This document shows positions 25,590 through 37,642 of a stretch of 64,000 nt of DNA, in pieces. The notes beneath the pieces are model-generated. The model saw only the letters and a program-made list of their open reading frames with translations, ran no database searches and was not told the DNA's origin. The position numbers were made by a program, and so were the translations under genes. Source of the DNA: Lytechinus pictus (Eukaryota); the NCBI RefSeq assembly GCF_037042905.1, contig NC_087249.1, positions 8,496,001 through 8,560,000 on the forward strand, written 5' to 3'. Within the stretch, counting starts at the first letter, position 1; each line of letters opens with the position of its first letter.

Positions 25590-28347
25590 TAGTCCAGGAT
25601 AGGCCCCATAGACATTTGACCAAACCTTGTTTTTTCATATATACAATATTTTTTGATGGATTCTTGTCAATTCGAGGGTGCTGATTACGAATCTGAATGA
25701 TGCCACTCGTGTAACCTTGAGCATTTTTCGCAAATTGGCGAAATCCAATATGGCCGCCAAAATATGCAAATTACCCATGAAAATCATAAAATTGCCCGCA
25801 CATTGGTTATAAAATGTATGTATTTGTGTTGCAGGAGTGAAATACTCTCTGAAAAAACGATTTTTAACAAAAAAATATTTTCTAGATATTCAAAATGGCC
25901 GCCATAGACCCCTGTATTCTATATTATGTACAATATGAATGGGGAAAACTAAATTTCACAAAAATGAGCACTAAATGCAAGTAATTGTGATTTTTAGTGA
26001 AATAATGGATGAAAACATGATTGCTAACGAAATGTATCATTTGTTATGTCATGTATGTAATAAATGACGCATTTTAATATTCAAAATGCCACCAAATGCC
26101 CTGACAGTATTATGTACAATGTTAATGGGGACAAAAGAAAATCACAAGAGTGAGTACAAAAAAGCATATTACTAGTATTAAGATAAGCGAGTGGAATACT
26201 GGCTAAAAACATAAATTTTAACGAAATACAAATGCAATTTATGTGATAAATTTTTACATTCAAAATGGCCACCATAGGCCCATTATACATTATGTACAAT
26301 ACGATTGGAGAAATTAATTTTCACAAGAGTAAGAACGATAAAATGCATGTAATTGTGATCACCGAGTAAAATAATGTCTGAAAACATGTTTTCTACCGAA
26401 ACATTTCATTTCTTTTGTCATGCATGAGTTAAATGCTGTATTGTGAAATTCAAAATGGCGCCTATATAGGCCCAAACAGTATTATCTACAATGTAAATGG
26501 GGACATGTAATTTTGTAAGAATTTGGATTTACTTGACTATGAAATCCATAAAATCCTGTTGTATGATAAAAACATTATTTGAAAACATGATTTTTATGAA
26601 ATATAGCATTTCTTCTGCCATGTAAGTGATAAATACTGTATTTTGACATTCAAAATAGCTGATACAAGCCCCTAAATTATGTTACACGCATTTTTTACAA
26701 GAGTGAGAATCATAAAATGCATGTAACTGTGATGTATGAGTAAAACTATTGGCCTAAACATGATTTCTAAATAATTACATCACATATTGGTCATGGAGGT
26801 AATAAATGTTGTACTTTGAAATTCAAAATGGCTGCCATAGGTCCCAAAAGTATTATGCACATTGTACTTTGGGACATATAATTTTGACAGAATTTGGCTT
26901 TGCTGGACTACAAGTATTGCATATTATAATTGTGATGCAAGAGTGAAATATTGCCTAAAACCATGGTTCCTAACGAGGTATATCATATCTGGTGCATTTA
27001 AGGTGATAAATGCTGCATTCTGAAATGGAAAATGGCCGCCATGGGCCCTTATTGTATTATGTACAATTTGAATGAGGACAGATAATTTTCACAAAAGGGC
27101 ATATGGCGGCCATTTGAATGTTGAAATATAACATTTATCAGCTAAATTTTAGATGATATGATATATTTCGTTAGTAATCATGTTTTCAGACAATATTTCA
27201 CTCATACAACACCATTTAGTCAAGCAAAGCCAAAATCTGTTAATTTGTCCCCATTTACATTGTACATAATACTGTTGGGGCCTTTAAAGGCCATTTTGAC
27301 TTTCAAAATACAGTATTTATCACCTACCTGGCAGAAGAACTGATATATCTTGTAAGAAATTATGCTTTCAGACAATATTTTACTCATAGATCACAATTAC
27401 GTGCATTTATGGTGCTCACTCGTGTGAAAATTTATTTCCTAGTTCGCATTGTACATAATACAATCAATGTCTATGACGGCCATTTTGAAAGTCAAAATAC
27501 AGTATTAAACACAAACTTTAAACCTGAATGATATTTTTCGTTAAAAATTATGTTTTTTAGACAGTATCCCATTTATTCATAAAAAATAAATGCATTTTAG
27601 TGCGCACTCTCGTTATTTCTTTGGTCCTCTTTCTCATTGTACATAATACTGTTAGGGCCTTTGGCGGCCATTTTGAATATCAAAATACAGCATTTATCAC
27701 ATACATGACATATTAGATAATATATTTCCTTAGCAATTGTGTTTTTAGTCAGTATTCCACTCGTTTCTCTTAATAATATGCATTTTACCGCTCACTTTTG
27801 CGACTTTTGTTGGCCCCTTTGCCATAGAAAATAATACTATTTGGGCCAGTGGCAGCTCAGTATTTTGAATATCAAATACAACAATTTTCCCATACATGAC
27901 ATAATAAATGATATATCATGTTAGCATTGATGATTCATGTATTACTTCGTCCATAGATCACAATTACTTGCAGCTTGTGATCATTATTTTGAAAAATAAA
28001 TTTTCCCTTTTCGTATTGTACATAATATGGTATACAGAGGTCTGTGGCGGCCATTTTGAATATCAAGATATAAATATTTTGTCGAAAATGTTTTTTTCAG
28101 AGAGTATTTCACTCCTGCAACACAATTACATACATTTTATACAAATTTGCTGGCAATTTTATTATTTTTATGGGTAATATGCATATTTTGGCGGCCATAT
28201 TGGATTTTGCCAATTTGCGGAAAATGCTCAAGGTTACACGAGTGGCATCAATCATATTCGTAATCAGCACCCTCGAATTGACAAGAAACCATCAAAAAAT
28301 ATTGTATATATGAAAAAACAAGGTTATGCCCCTTCTATCCAGGACTA
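25590..28347. mobile_element. 2.76-kb foldback DNA transposon (TAG...CTA ends, 3-bp TSD; Academ-like by inference)
   Basis: Ends tagtccaggatag / ctatccaggacta; ATG duplicated on both sides. Arms are inverted around ~27095 and built from ~187-bp subrepeats. Confidence 0.9.
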
Positions 28348-28363
28348 ATGCCCGCATACAATG

Positions 28364-28986
28364 CTCCATGCTCCACATATGTAAAGCATTGGGGCCCAGT
28401 GGATTAGTCTCCGGACTTTGAAACAGAGGGTCGTGTGTTCGAAACTTCGAATCCCAGCCATGGTGTAATTTCCTTCAGAAAGAAATTTATCCACATTGTG
28501 GAAGCGCCGTGGTGTAGCGGTTCTGACTCTCGCCTTGTAATCAGAGGGTCGTGTGTTCGAATCCCACCATGGCCTAGCGCCTTTTGGCAAGGCGTCAATC
28601 CACACATTGCCACTCTCACCCAGGTGCTAATTGGGTACCGATAGGAAACAACCGTCATTGTGGTTGGTTTAGCAAGTGTGCGCCTAACAGGCTGCTTGAA
28701 ATGCTATGAATCCAGTGACCGGGTAATAATAATTGTGAAGCGCTTTGAACAGTCGTAGATTGATAAAGCGCTATATAAATGCCAATTATTATTATTATTA
28801 TTGTGCTGCACTCGACCCAGGTGAGGTGAATGGGTACCCGGTAGGATTTACTCCTTGAACGCTTTAGCGCCTATTAATATGGCGGCTCAGCTACAGCCGC
28901 GGTAATCACATGATACCAAGTATCAAAGCGCAGTTGAGTATATGCACATAGTAACTACGCTATATAAATAGACATATTATTATTAT
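28364..28986 (+). mobile_element. tRNA-derived SINE (second family) with TSD tacaatg, interrupted by another SINE
   Basis: tacaatg at 28357-28363 and 28987-28993; A/B boxes; (TAT)n tail. Confidence 0.85.
28501..28799 (+). mobile_element. Young tRNA-derived SINE with TSD attgtg
   Basis: A box TGGTGTAGCGG, B box GTTCGAATCC, (ATT)n tail; attgtg at 28495-28500 and 28800-28805. Confidence 0.9.
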
Positions 28987-28993
28987 TACAATG

Positions 28994-29225
28994 TATGCAC
29001 CTTCTCCACTCTCTGGGGAGCATTCCAACAAGAGTTCCAAGACTAAATTGCTAGGCATACTACATAGGCTTTCGCATCCTACCAGGTACCCATTTAACAC
29101 CTGGGTGGAGAGTGGTAAATTGTGGAACGACGCCTTGCAAAAGGACGCTAGGCCATGGTGGGATTCGAACACACGACCCTCTGATTACAAGGCGAGAGTC
29201 AGAACCGCTACACCACGGCGCTTCC
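28994..29225 (-). mobile_element. 5' half of the host SINE (its 3' half is at ~25485-25589)
   Basis: tRNA-like head on the minus strand. The body rejoins as ...ccttgcATGcccgcaTACAATGtatgcacc... once the inserts are removed. Confidence 0.85.
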
Positions 29226-31434
29226 AGATCAAGAGATCCCAGATATGGGATCTCTTGATTGAAGCGCTGTTAAGAAGCAAGTCAGGGTTCTGCAATCAGT
29301 AACACAAAGGTTGCAATCAATCACTCAATGCCAATAGCCAATTGTTGCATCGTTGCACCGAAATTCGTTCAAAGCATTGACCATGAACCAATCAACATTG
29401 TTCTTTCATACTTGCAACCCATCGCACACCTCTGTGTAAAAGGAGCCCAGAAGTTTGGTCTTGACTTTGGTTTCACAATCTTTCTGACTGGTTAGTGATG
29501 GCCAACTGTCATGAACAGAAAAAAACTGTATAGATCTACTGTATTTTACTTAATGGCTGCACATGAATTTAAAATAAAAGAATATGTTAATAATGAATTA
29601 AATACATTAAAAAAGTTTGTAGGCTTCACTGTTTTGTAATACCTCAAGTCTTTAAAATCCCACCCACGAAGCACAGTCACAATGCGAATCATTTAGTTTC
29701 GATTTCCTATTTCAAGTTTTAAATAACTCTGACCCCCTTTCTTTAAGGACATGTGGTTTGATCGGGTCATCCTATATGTGTCATTGTAATGCACACACTT
29801 TACACAAATACATATCAAAGTGATTTAACATCAGAAAGATGATGAGTAATGATCTATGACTTCATCTTCTTGTTCTAACAACCCTTAGGAAAAACCAAAG
29901 ATAAGGATGAGTCACTTGGATTGAATCGGAAGCAGAAGAACATCCACAGCATCTTGGGAAAAACTATCATTATTTTAGGCTTAGAGGCCTCATGAAATCA
30001 CTAGAGGAGTGTATCACAAGGCATCTTGTCACTGACTCTATTTGATCTGAACCAATTAGATGCAAGGATTTCAGTAGCTTATAACTAAGAGTAAGTGAAA
30101 AGCGCTGACTGTTTGTTTTATGGAAAGCTCCTCTGGCCTTGATTAGTGCATCTGTGGTCATGCTCTTCTTACATGGATTTCCATTTAGATCCGGATTCTG
30201 AAGATAAGAGTCAGCAATGCCTCAGAGGCCAACAGAAACACATAAAGAAGCTTTCTAAGAGACTTCCGAAAATTACTGCCAGAAAGAGACTACTCACTAT
30301 AGAACCTTGAGGCCTTTAATCATCCTTCAAATAAGGACATGGGAAGCATTTCATAAAACAAATAGTCAGTGACTTACACTGACTGTTTTTATAAGCTACT
30401 GAAATTCTTGCATTTGATTGGGTGAGAGCAGTGGAAACCAATGACAAATCCTTTCATGAAACCCTCCCCTGGACTTGGTGTTAACATTATCTGGATGCAT
30501 TTTTTGAGAAAGAAAAGGGTTATCATTTTCCGGTTCCCAGAGAGAGCTCAAAGGAAGATCAATAAACCAAGTTTCCTGTCTCTGCTAAGACTAGAGGAGG
30601 ATCTATAGACCCTGGGGAAAGTCGATGTGTAGGGAAAAATATGGAAGAACTTCTGAACACAATATATCTATAAGAACATGAGGAGCTCTAATGAACTTTA
30701 AAAAGGAGAGATTCTATCCTCAAGGTTTTGGGGTGAAAAGGAATAGAACAGAGGATAGTCATGTTGAAGAGGCACAAGCATGATTAACATCATTAGCACA
30801 CACAGAGGAAATCAATAAAGGAGAATAGGGTCAATCTAGATATCCTGCATTCAAAATCCTGGAAATCAATGAAGGGGTAAAAAATGGGTTGTCAATGACA
30901 TTTTCTCCCTTAAGAATTCAAAACAAGAGAGGATGAAGAAATATGTAGGTCAAGTCCAGGTGATGAGATCCCGTGAAAAGAGGCTACAAGCGTTAAGGAT
31001 CAATCTAAATCCATGAAAGTCAAAGTTCCGGAGAAACAGGAACACTTTCCTCTGGGATGCCTGCCCAAGGGTTCAAAGCCACCCATGCCGTGTTTGGACA
31101 TGGGATTAACTGCATCCTTTGAACCTCAGAAAGATTACTTCCTCAGATAGAGTTTAAGCAAGTGGTACTATTCACCCGCACATTTAAAGTTCATTGAAAG
31201 ATAGATTAAAGTCCTGGTTGTGATTTTCAACATTGGAAGCAACTTCACAAAGTGATTATTAAACGTTGTTTACAGGGCACCTAAGTTCTGGCATTTGCTG
31301 TAAGGCCCTATAATGTCAAAGTGATAACAAAAGGGACTTTAATTTGCCACGTCGGAATACACTGCTGACAAAAACCTATAAAATGAGGGAATCAGAGGAG
31401 AGATCCTTTGCAGTGAACCTTTTTAAAGGAGAAT

Positions 31435-32243
31435 TGCCTAAAGAACTTGCTGCTATATGAGGGAAGAGATAGCTTACACAAGATAAGTACTCCCTGGGAG
31501 AGCTAATTTATTAGTGTATTGCCTGAAGAATTTGCTGCTATATTAGGGAAGGGAATAGTTTACACAAGATAAAGATACTTCTGGGTAAGCTGTTATGACA
31601 GTGTAATGCCTGAAGAATCTGCTGCTATATCAGGGATTGGGATAGTTTACACAAGATTAAGAACCTGCTGGGTAAGCTAGTTCAATGGTGGTTGCATGAA
31701 GAATTTGCTGCTATATGAGGGAATGGGATAGTTTACACAAGATAAAGATACTTCTGGGTAAGCTGTTATGACAGTGTATTGCCTGAAGTATACACTGCTA
31801 TATGAGGGATTGGGATTGTTTACACAATATAAAGATACTTCTGGGTAAGCTGTTATGACAGTGTATTGCCTGAAGTATTTGCTGCTAAATAAGGGATTGG
31901 GATAGTTTACACAAGATGAAGAATCTGCTGGGTAAGCTAGTTCAACTGCGGATTGCCTGAATAATTTGCTGCTATATGAGGTATTGGGATAGTTTACACA
32001 AGATGAAGAATCTGCTGGTGGATTGTCTGAGGAATTTGCTGCTATATGAGGGATTGGGATAGTTTACACAAGATGAAGAATCTCTGCTGGGTAAGCTAGT
32101 TCAACAGTCAATTGCCTGAAGAACGTGCTGCTATATTAGGGAAGGGGTGGTTTACACAAGATGAAGTATCTTATGGGAAAGCTGGTTTAAGTGTACTACC
32201 TGAAGAACTGCTGCTCTATGAGAGAACGGAATAGTTTACACAA
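31435..32243. repeat. 87-bp minisatellite (~9 units)
   Basis: gcctgaagaa-ttgctgctata units start at 31521, 31608, 31694, 31781, 31868, 31955 and onward. Confidence 0.95.
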
Positions 32244-35200
32244 AAAGATCAATGTAGGCATTGATGTAAAAAGAACAAACAGCAAATATAATCTTGGGAG
32301 AGGATGTTCATGACGAGACGAGATAGGAGCATTGTAGGGGGTTTATTAATCTCTGCCCCCCCCCCCCACAAAAAAATATAACAAAACATGCCTTTAAACT
32401 CATGTGAATGTGTAGCGAATCTTTAACATTCACTTTTAAATTGAAAAAAAAAACAGCTCTTTTGTCCAGCCAAGTAACTTTGCCCCTTTTATACATTCTC
32501 AAATATTTAACATACCGTTTTCAGCCCCCCCCCCCCCTCCCCAGAAAGAAGCCCTGCATAAGGACATGGTTCTTAAGTGAAGTTGAGCATAAATTGAAAA
32601 GCCTCAGTCACATTTTAAAGATTACTGCAACCAGGAAGAAAGGCTCTCTCCAGACTGGGACCTGGGGAGCATTTCATGAAAAGATCTTATCCGACAAGTC
32701 CTTTTTTATCAGACAGTTACCATAGCAACTGTGCTTCTCGGCCAATCAAAAGCAAGGAAATATGTCAGATTTGACAACTTGTCGGACACAAAATGTTGAT
32801 GAAACGCTCCCTGACCTTGTTATGAGCATAGATAAGCTTTACGTTCACGCTCAAATCGAGGCATAATCAAATCTATTACTTTTAAAGTATTTAACAATCA
32901 TTTGTCATAGGTGTTAAATTTCTACTGTTTTGGGAGGGAAAATTAAAGGAATATAAACGAAATGAAAAGTTGTTATAAAAGAGATTAAAGAAAATTCAAA
33001 GCAGAAAGGTTAAAAATCTAATAAGTTGTAAAAAGTTGTTATCACCTTACCAAAAGAGGTCACAAACTACTAGCCAAATTGCAAAATTTAACATTTCTTA
33101 CCCCTTCTATAATTTCTTTCAAATTTTTACATTTTCGTTCCCTTTGACCTCTTATTCTTTTTCCTTTTATTGTTTCATACTAATAACTTTATTAAGAAGA
33201 TTGGATTCTCCTCTAAGCTTGTATGTATTTATGCATTGATTGTGTACATAACTTTAAAATCTGCTATACATTCTGACAGCTGTATTTCATACTAATTGGT
33301 GATGAGCAACTCTTAGACCGAAATTTGTCAGAGCGGAAAGCATGAGCAAGGTTAATAAGGGTCAACGTGAGTGTCTACTTTGAATAAAAACACTATGAGA
33401 AGCTGATGATTATAATGGAAAGTGACAGCTCTTTTCGTATCCTTGTGTTTCTCTTGGTGTCTTTTTTTTTTGGTTCATACAATTAATATGATATAAACTA
33501 GTGTTATTCAAACCACAAAACATTTGGCTGGAAATACAATTAGCATGTACCTGTTGGATTTCTGAAATAACCTGTAACACAGAAAGCATTGCAAAACAGA
33601 TTGAATCTACATGGAAACAATAAATCATCTTTAGTCAAAGACATTTTGAGTGGCATTTATTTTTGTTTATTGTTTTTATTTAATTTTTAATTATTATCTA
33701 CATGGTAAATTGCAATGCAATAAGAAGATAATCATTCTCAGCATTGACAAAATATAAAATGGGACAAATTCAAGTAGTGCAGGTAAAGGACCAAAAGTCT
33801 GATCTACAAAGTGGGTGATCAAAACAAAATAACTTTCTTTCAAGAAACATGCTTATACTCACTCACCTTTGCCCACGGATAAGATTACATCACATCATAC
33901 TTTTCTAACTTCATTTATGGGTCCTTTTCCAATGTATTAAGACTTTAATTAATAAAGAAACACCTCAAATTTAAGCTTACCAATTGCTGTGTGAACGCTT
34001 CTAAAGAGAGTAGACCTATCGTTTTTTGCCCTGAAGGAAGGAATGTGTAATTAAAGACTATTTTCATAGATTAAGTGTGAGCTGCATTCAAAATGGATCA
34101 TGAAATCGTTTCATTTTCAAATGCAATTAAGAGTAGGAAAATGTAATTAGGAAATGGATATCTATGTCACATTTAATCTAGCCTGGTTCATTGCCATTCT
34201 TGGCACAATGCTTGCCAGAGTCAGAGGAGGAAGCGATAATGAGAAATGAAAATTACGAAGATGGAATTTGTAAAAGCAAGCTTTTAGTCAAATAAGCAGG
34301 ACACATCACAGTGTTCCATTTCATACTTGACTTGACAAGACTTGTTTAACAAATTACACACAATTTCTATAAGAAATTCACTATCAGCCAGTAAAATTGA
34401 TAGATAATGGCAGCTTTAAACTGTTACTGCAAATTTGTCATAATTTTATAATAAGTTTTATGAATCAGGCCCAGTTTATGGGAAGCACTGGCAGCTTATT
34501 AAGATCACTGCACTAAACTAAGTAAAGGATCAAATTATCAGCTTTCAATTTAAAGATAAATGTATCATCTGGTATTTCTGTCATGATTTGATAATAATAA
34601 TAATTTGCAAAATTAATATAGTGCATTAATACAAATGTTTCTAAGCGCTGCATACTATTAACCCAGCTTTAGTACAGCAACCCTAATTGGATGCTCGAGC
34701 ATTCAAGGAATTCCTTCCCACCTGGTACCCATTTACTACACCTGGATGCAGAGTGGAACTTGTAGATAAATGCCTTGCCAATGGACGCGAGTGCTGCGGT
34801 GAGATTTGAACACCTGACCTTGTGGTTCAAAGTCCAGAGACTTATCCACTGAGTTTCAGTCCATTTACTGAAATTTGCACAATTTTGCAACTAAAGCTAT
34901 AGACCCCTGCAGGGTATTTCCTGCTGGCATGTGAAAGTTATTGATTTGGTATGTGCTATCAAGCACAGATACTTTTGGAGAAAAAAAATTCAATTAAATG
35001 CTCTTTGTTGCTGTTTTGGGCTTTAATTGGGGTCATCATGCAAAGAGTGACTATTTCTTAAAGTCAAGAAAATATTGAAGGAGTCCACAGCAATGTCAAT
35101 ATCCATATGAACCTCCATCCAACAAACATAATCTTTTGAACATGATGTAAGCAAGATTTCCCTTGAAAATGTGGAAAGTACAAAAACCTGAATGCAAACA

Positions 35201-37124
35201 ATATTTTTGCTATATCATTTCAATACTTTAATTTGTTTACTTTTTGTTGTTATGGCAACCTCAGTGAGTCAGAAAAAGGAGGCCCTCCAGTGATTCCTAA
35301 GAATTGCATATTTCCACAATCACAAAAATAGCTTGATAAATCTAAAATCTGACTTGATTTCCTTCCAAGTGAGTTATAGTAACACTTATACAGCCTTTGG
35401 GGGAAAAATTGTTTGCCAAATTATTTCTTGAAATGTAATTCCTTTTTTAATACTAAAAATAAATGGTTCTGCTTTTCTATGGCAAGTTTCCTAAATTTAT
35501 TTTTAAAAAGTTCCAAGTTTTGAAGATGACGCATTTGATGAAGAGATTGCTCAGGATTCACAAATATCAGCCATTGCATTTCCTCTGTCTGAACAAGTAT
35601 GTCGCGCAAAATTCAAAACTGACACAGAATTATAGATAAGGCTCGAGGCACTGGCATAGGAGCCAATCAAGCAAAGGATTGGTATTAAAATCAAGATTAA
35701 CCATGAAGTCATTGATTGCAAATGTTTCTGTGGTACATGTAACACCCCCTTTTAAAATCTCTTCATCCTCTATTCTTGCTGTCTAAATAATGTTCTCTTT
35801 ACTTCTATATATCTAATCCATCCTTTGTTTTGTCTCCTAATTCCCACCCCTCTCTCTCTTTCCCTCCCTCCTCACTCTCTCTCTCTCCCTCTCTCTCTGT
35901 TCTGTATGTCTCTACCCCTCTTTTGCATCATTTTTCTGTCTTCACTAGCAAGTTTTCAGATATGTACAAGGATCTGGGTAGTCATGGCATAATTATTTCC
36001 TATTCCAATGTCATGCTTTGATACACAAATTATTTAATGAAAATACAAGAAAAGTGCTCTAATTAAAAAAAATGCTTTTTCAGGTTTTCATTGGAAAAAA
36101 TAAAACTGGATCGAGTTAAAAAGAGTAAGTTTCACATTAGGGCCCAGTTGCATAAAAGTTACTATTATGGTAACTTTGCCATCCAATGGTAAATACCATG
36201 GAAATGCTGTTCAACAGCCAATCAGAATCAAGGATTCCAAGTTACAACTGGATGGCGAAGTAACCAAAATGGTAACTTTTCTGCAAAGGGATCCAGGTCT
36301 TGACAGCAGGCCAATTAGCTCAGTTATTAACACCTTCCTGCATTATAAAACAAGACTAATGCAAGAAATGGACATACATGTATATTCCAGTCTACAAGCA
36401 GACATCACTTCTGTTCAGGAAAACAATAAAAACAAGCTTTGCTCATATCCAGTTTATAGGGTTCAACAATAAAAATCATTCTATTGTTACTTGATCTTGC
36501 AAGTATGAAGCTTGCTAGTAACTTGTTAGGAATTAAAAGGTAATCCTCCTGGCAAAATAGGAGCTGTAAAATGTCACTCATTTTGGAATGAATTTCCTTA
36601 AATGTAACTTTAGATTTACTGTAAAGAGAAAAATATTAGAGGAATATGCAATAAAAGGATGCAACAAAGAATGGATCAGAAGGCATGAAAATCATCTAAA
36701 TTAGCTTTCTTTTTACTATGGAAATATCTGTTTCATGTGAAAATGAGTGCCCAGATATTGAATTCAAACCTTTGCCTAAAAGTCTTAAATTGAGCCGCAC
36801 AAAAAAAGGGCCTGAGCTCAATTTCAAATTTGGAACATCAATTCTGATTGGTCACTTGTCAGCCATTTGAACAAAAGACATGCAAAAATGATGATTGGCA
36901 AAATAAGTTTTGTGACTGATTACTACTTTTATGTTTCAAAGGCTTTAGAGAAAAAAATTGAACTTTATTTCCTCCATGGTTCATTTCTTTTCTCATGTGT
37001 GAATTTGAAAATACTAACATCAGCAAGAACAGTTACCAAGTTCAAACTGAGCTCAATTTGAAACGATAATTCTGATTTGTAATAAATTGAACAAAATCCA
37101 CGTTTAACAATGATCTTCTAGCTG

Positions 37125-37395
37125 ATAGAAGGCAAGTGCTCATATGATGGTCAGAGGATGTGCTTTAAAGACACACTAAAATATCTTCCTTGAGATGCTG
37201 TAGCATCGACCCTGAAACCTGGGAGGAATCAGCTGAGGACCGTTCTGCCTGGCGCACCATGGTTAGGGCTGGTGTGTCAGACTATGAGTCAACAGGTGGA
37301 CAAGCAAGAACAAGAATGCCAGCATAAAAAAGCAGAGCAAGCACCATCACTGAGCCTGCCCCACTGCCGGCTTTTGCTTTCTTCAGCCATCTTCG
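37125..37395 (+). mobile_element. RTE-clade LINE 3' fragment (degenerate)
   Basis: Translates, with a frameshift, to EGKCSYDGQRMCFKDTLK...SIDPETWEESAEDRSAWRTMVRAGVSDYE, resembling RTE/BovB ORF C-termini. Confidence 0.8.
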
Positions 37396-37492
37396 AACCT
37401 ACATGTACAAGAATTTGTGAAGTTGTGGTTGTCTTTGGAAGCAAAGGACGAACATCCTCATTACATAAAATAGGTTTGTATCCTTTACTCAC

Positions 37493-37642
37493 GAGTCATT
37501 GAAGTTGACAATAAGCTTCTGCTGAAGAGTTTCTTGGAACTTCTTGTCGAGTACCGTCAGGAATTCAGTCTTGAAGACAGACTCCAGAAGGCTGTCATAT
37601 TCCTCTGTTACATGGAGAACAAACAGGTCATCTTGAAGAGTA
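37493..37642 (-). CDS. MYO1E: Myosin-IE/F-like TH1 exon: STLQDDLFVLHVTEEYDSLLESVFKTEFLTVLDKKFQETLQQKLIVNFND
   Basis: ST.QDD...YDSLLESVFKTEFL motif; 150 nt, phase 2-2; not covered by the ORF track. Confidence 0.95.

Noticed and set aside
28501..28576. tRNA gene
   Set aside because: Has A/B boxes and an acceptor-like stem but an irregular anticodon arm, and continues into a SINE body, (ATT)n tail and TSD.
31435..32243. CRISPR-like array
   Set aside because: Whole units repeat with no unique spacers; eukaryotic intron; no cas genes.
33298..33325. Third hammerhead (tgatgag...cgaaa)
   Set aside because: Lacks C3 of the core and has no convincing stems I or II.
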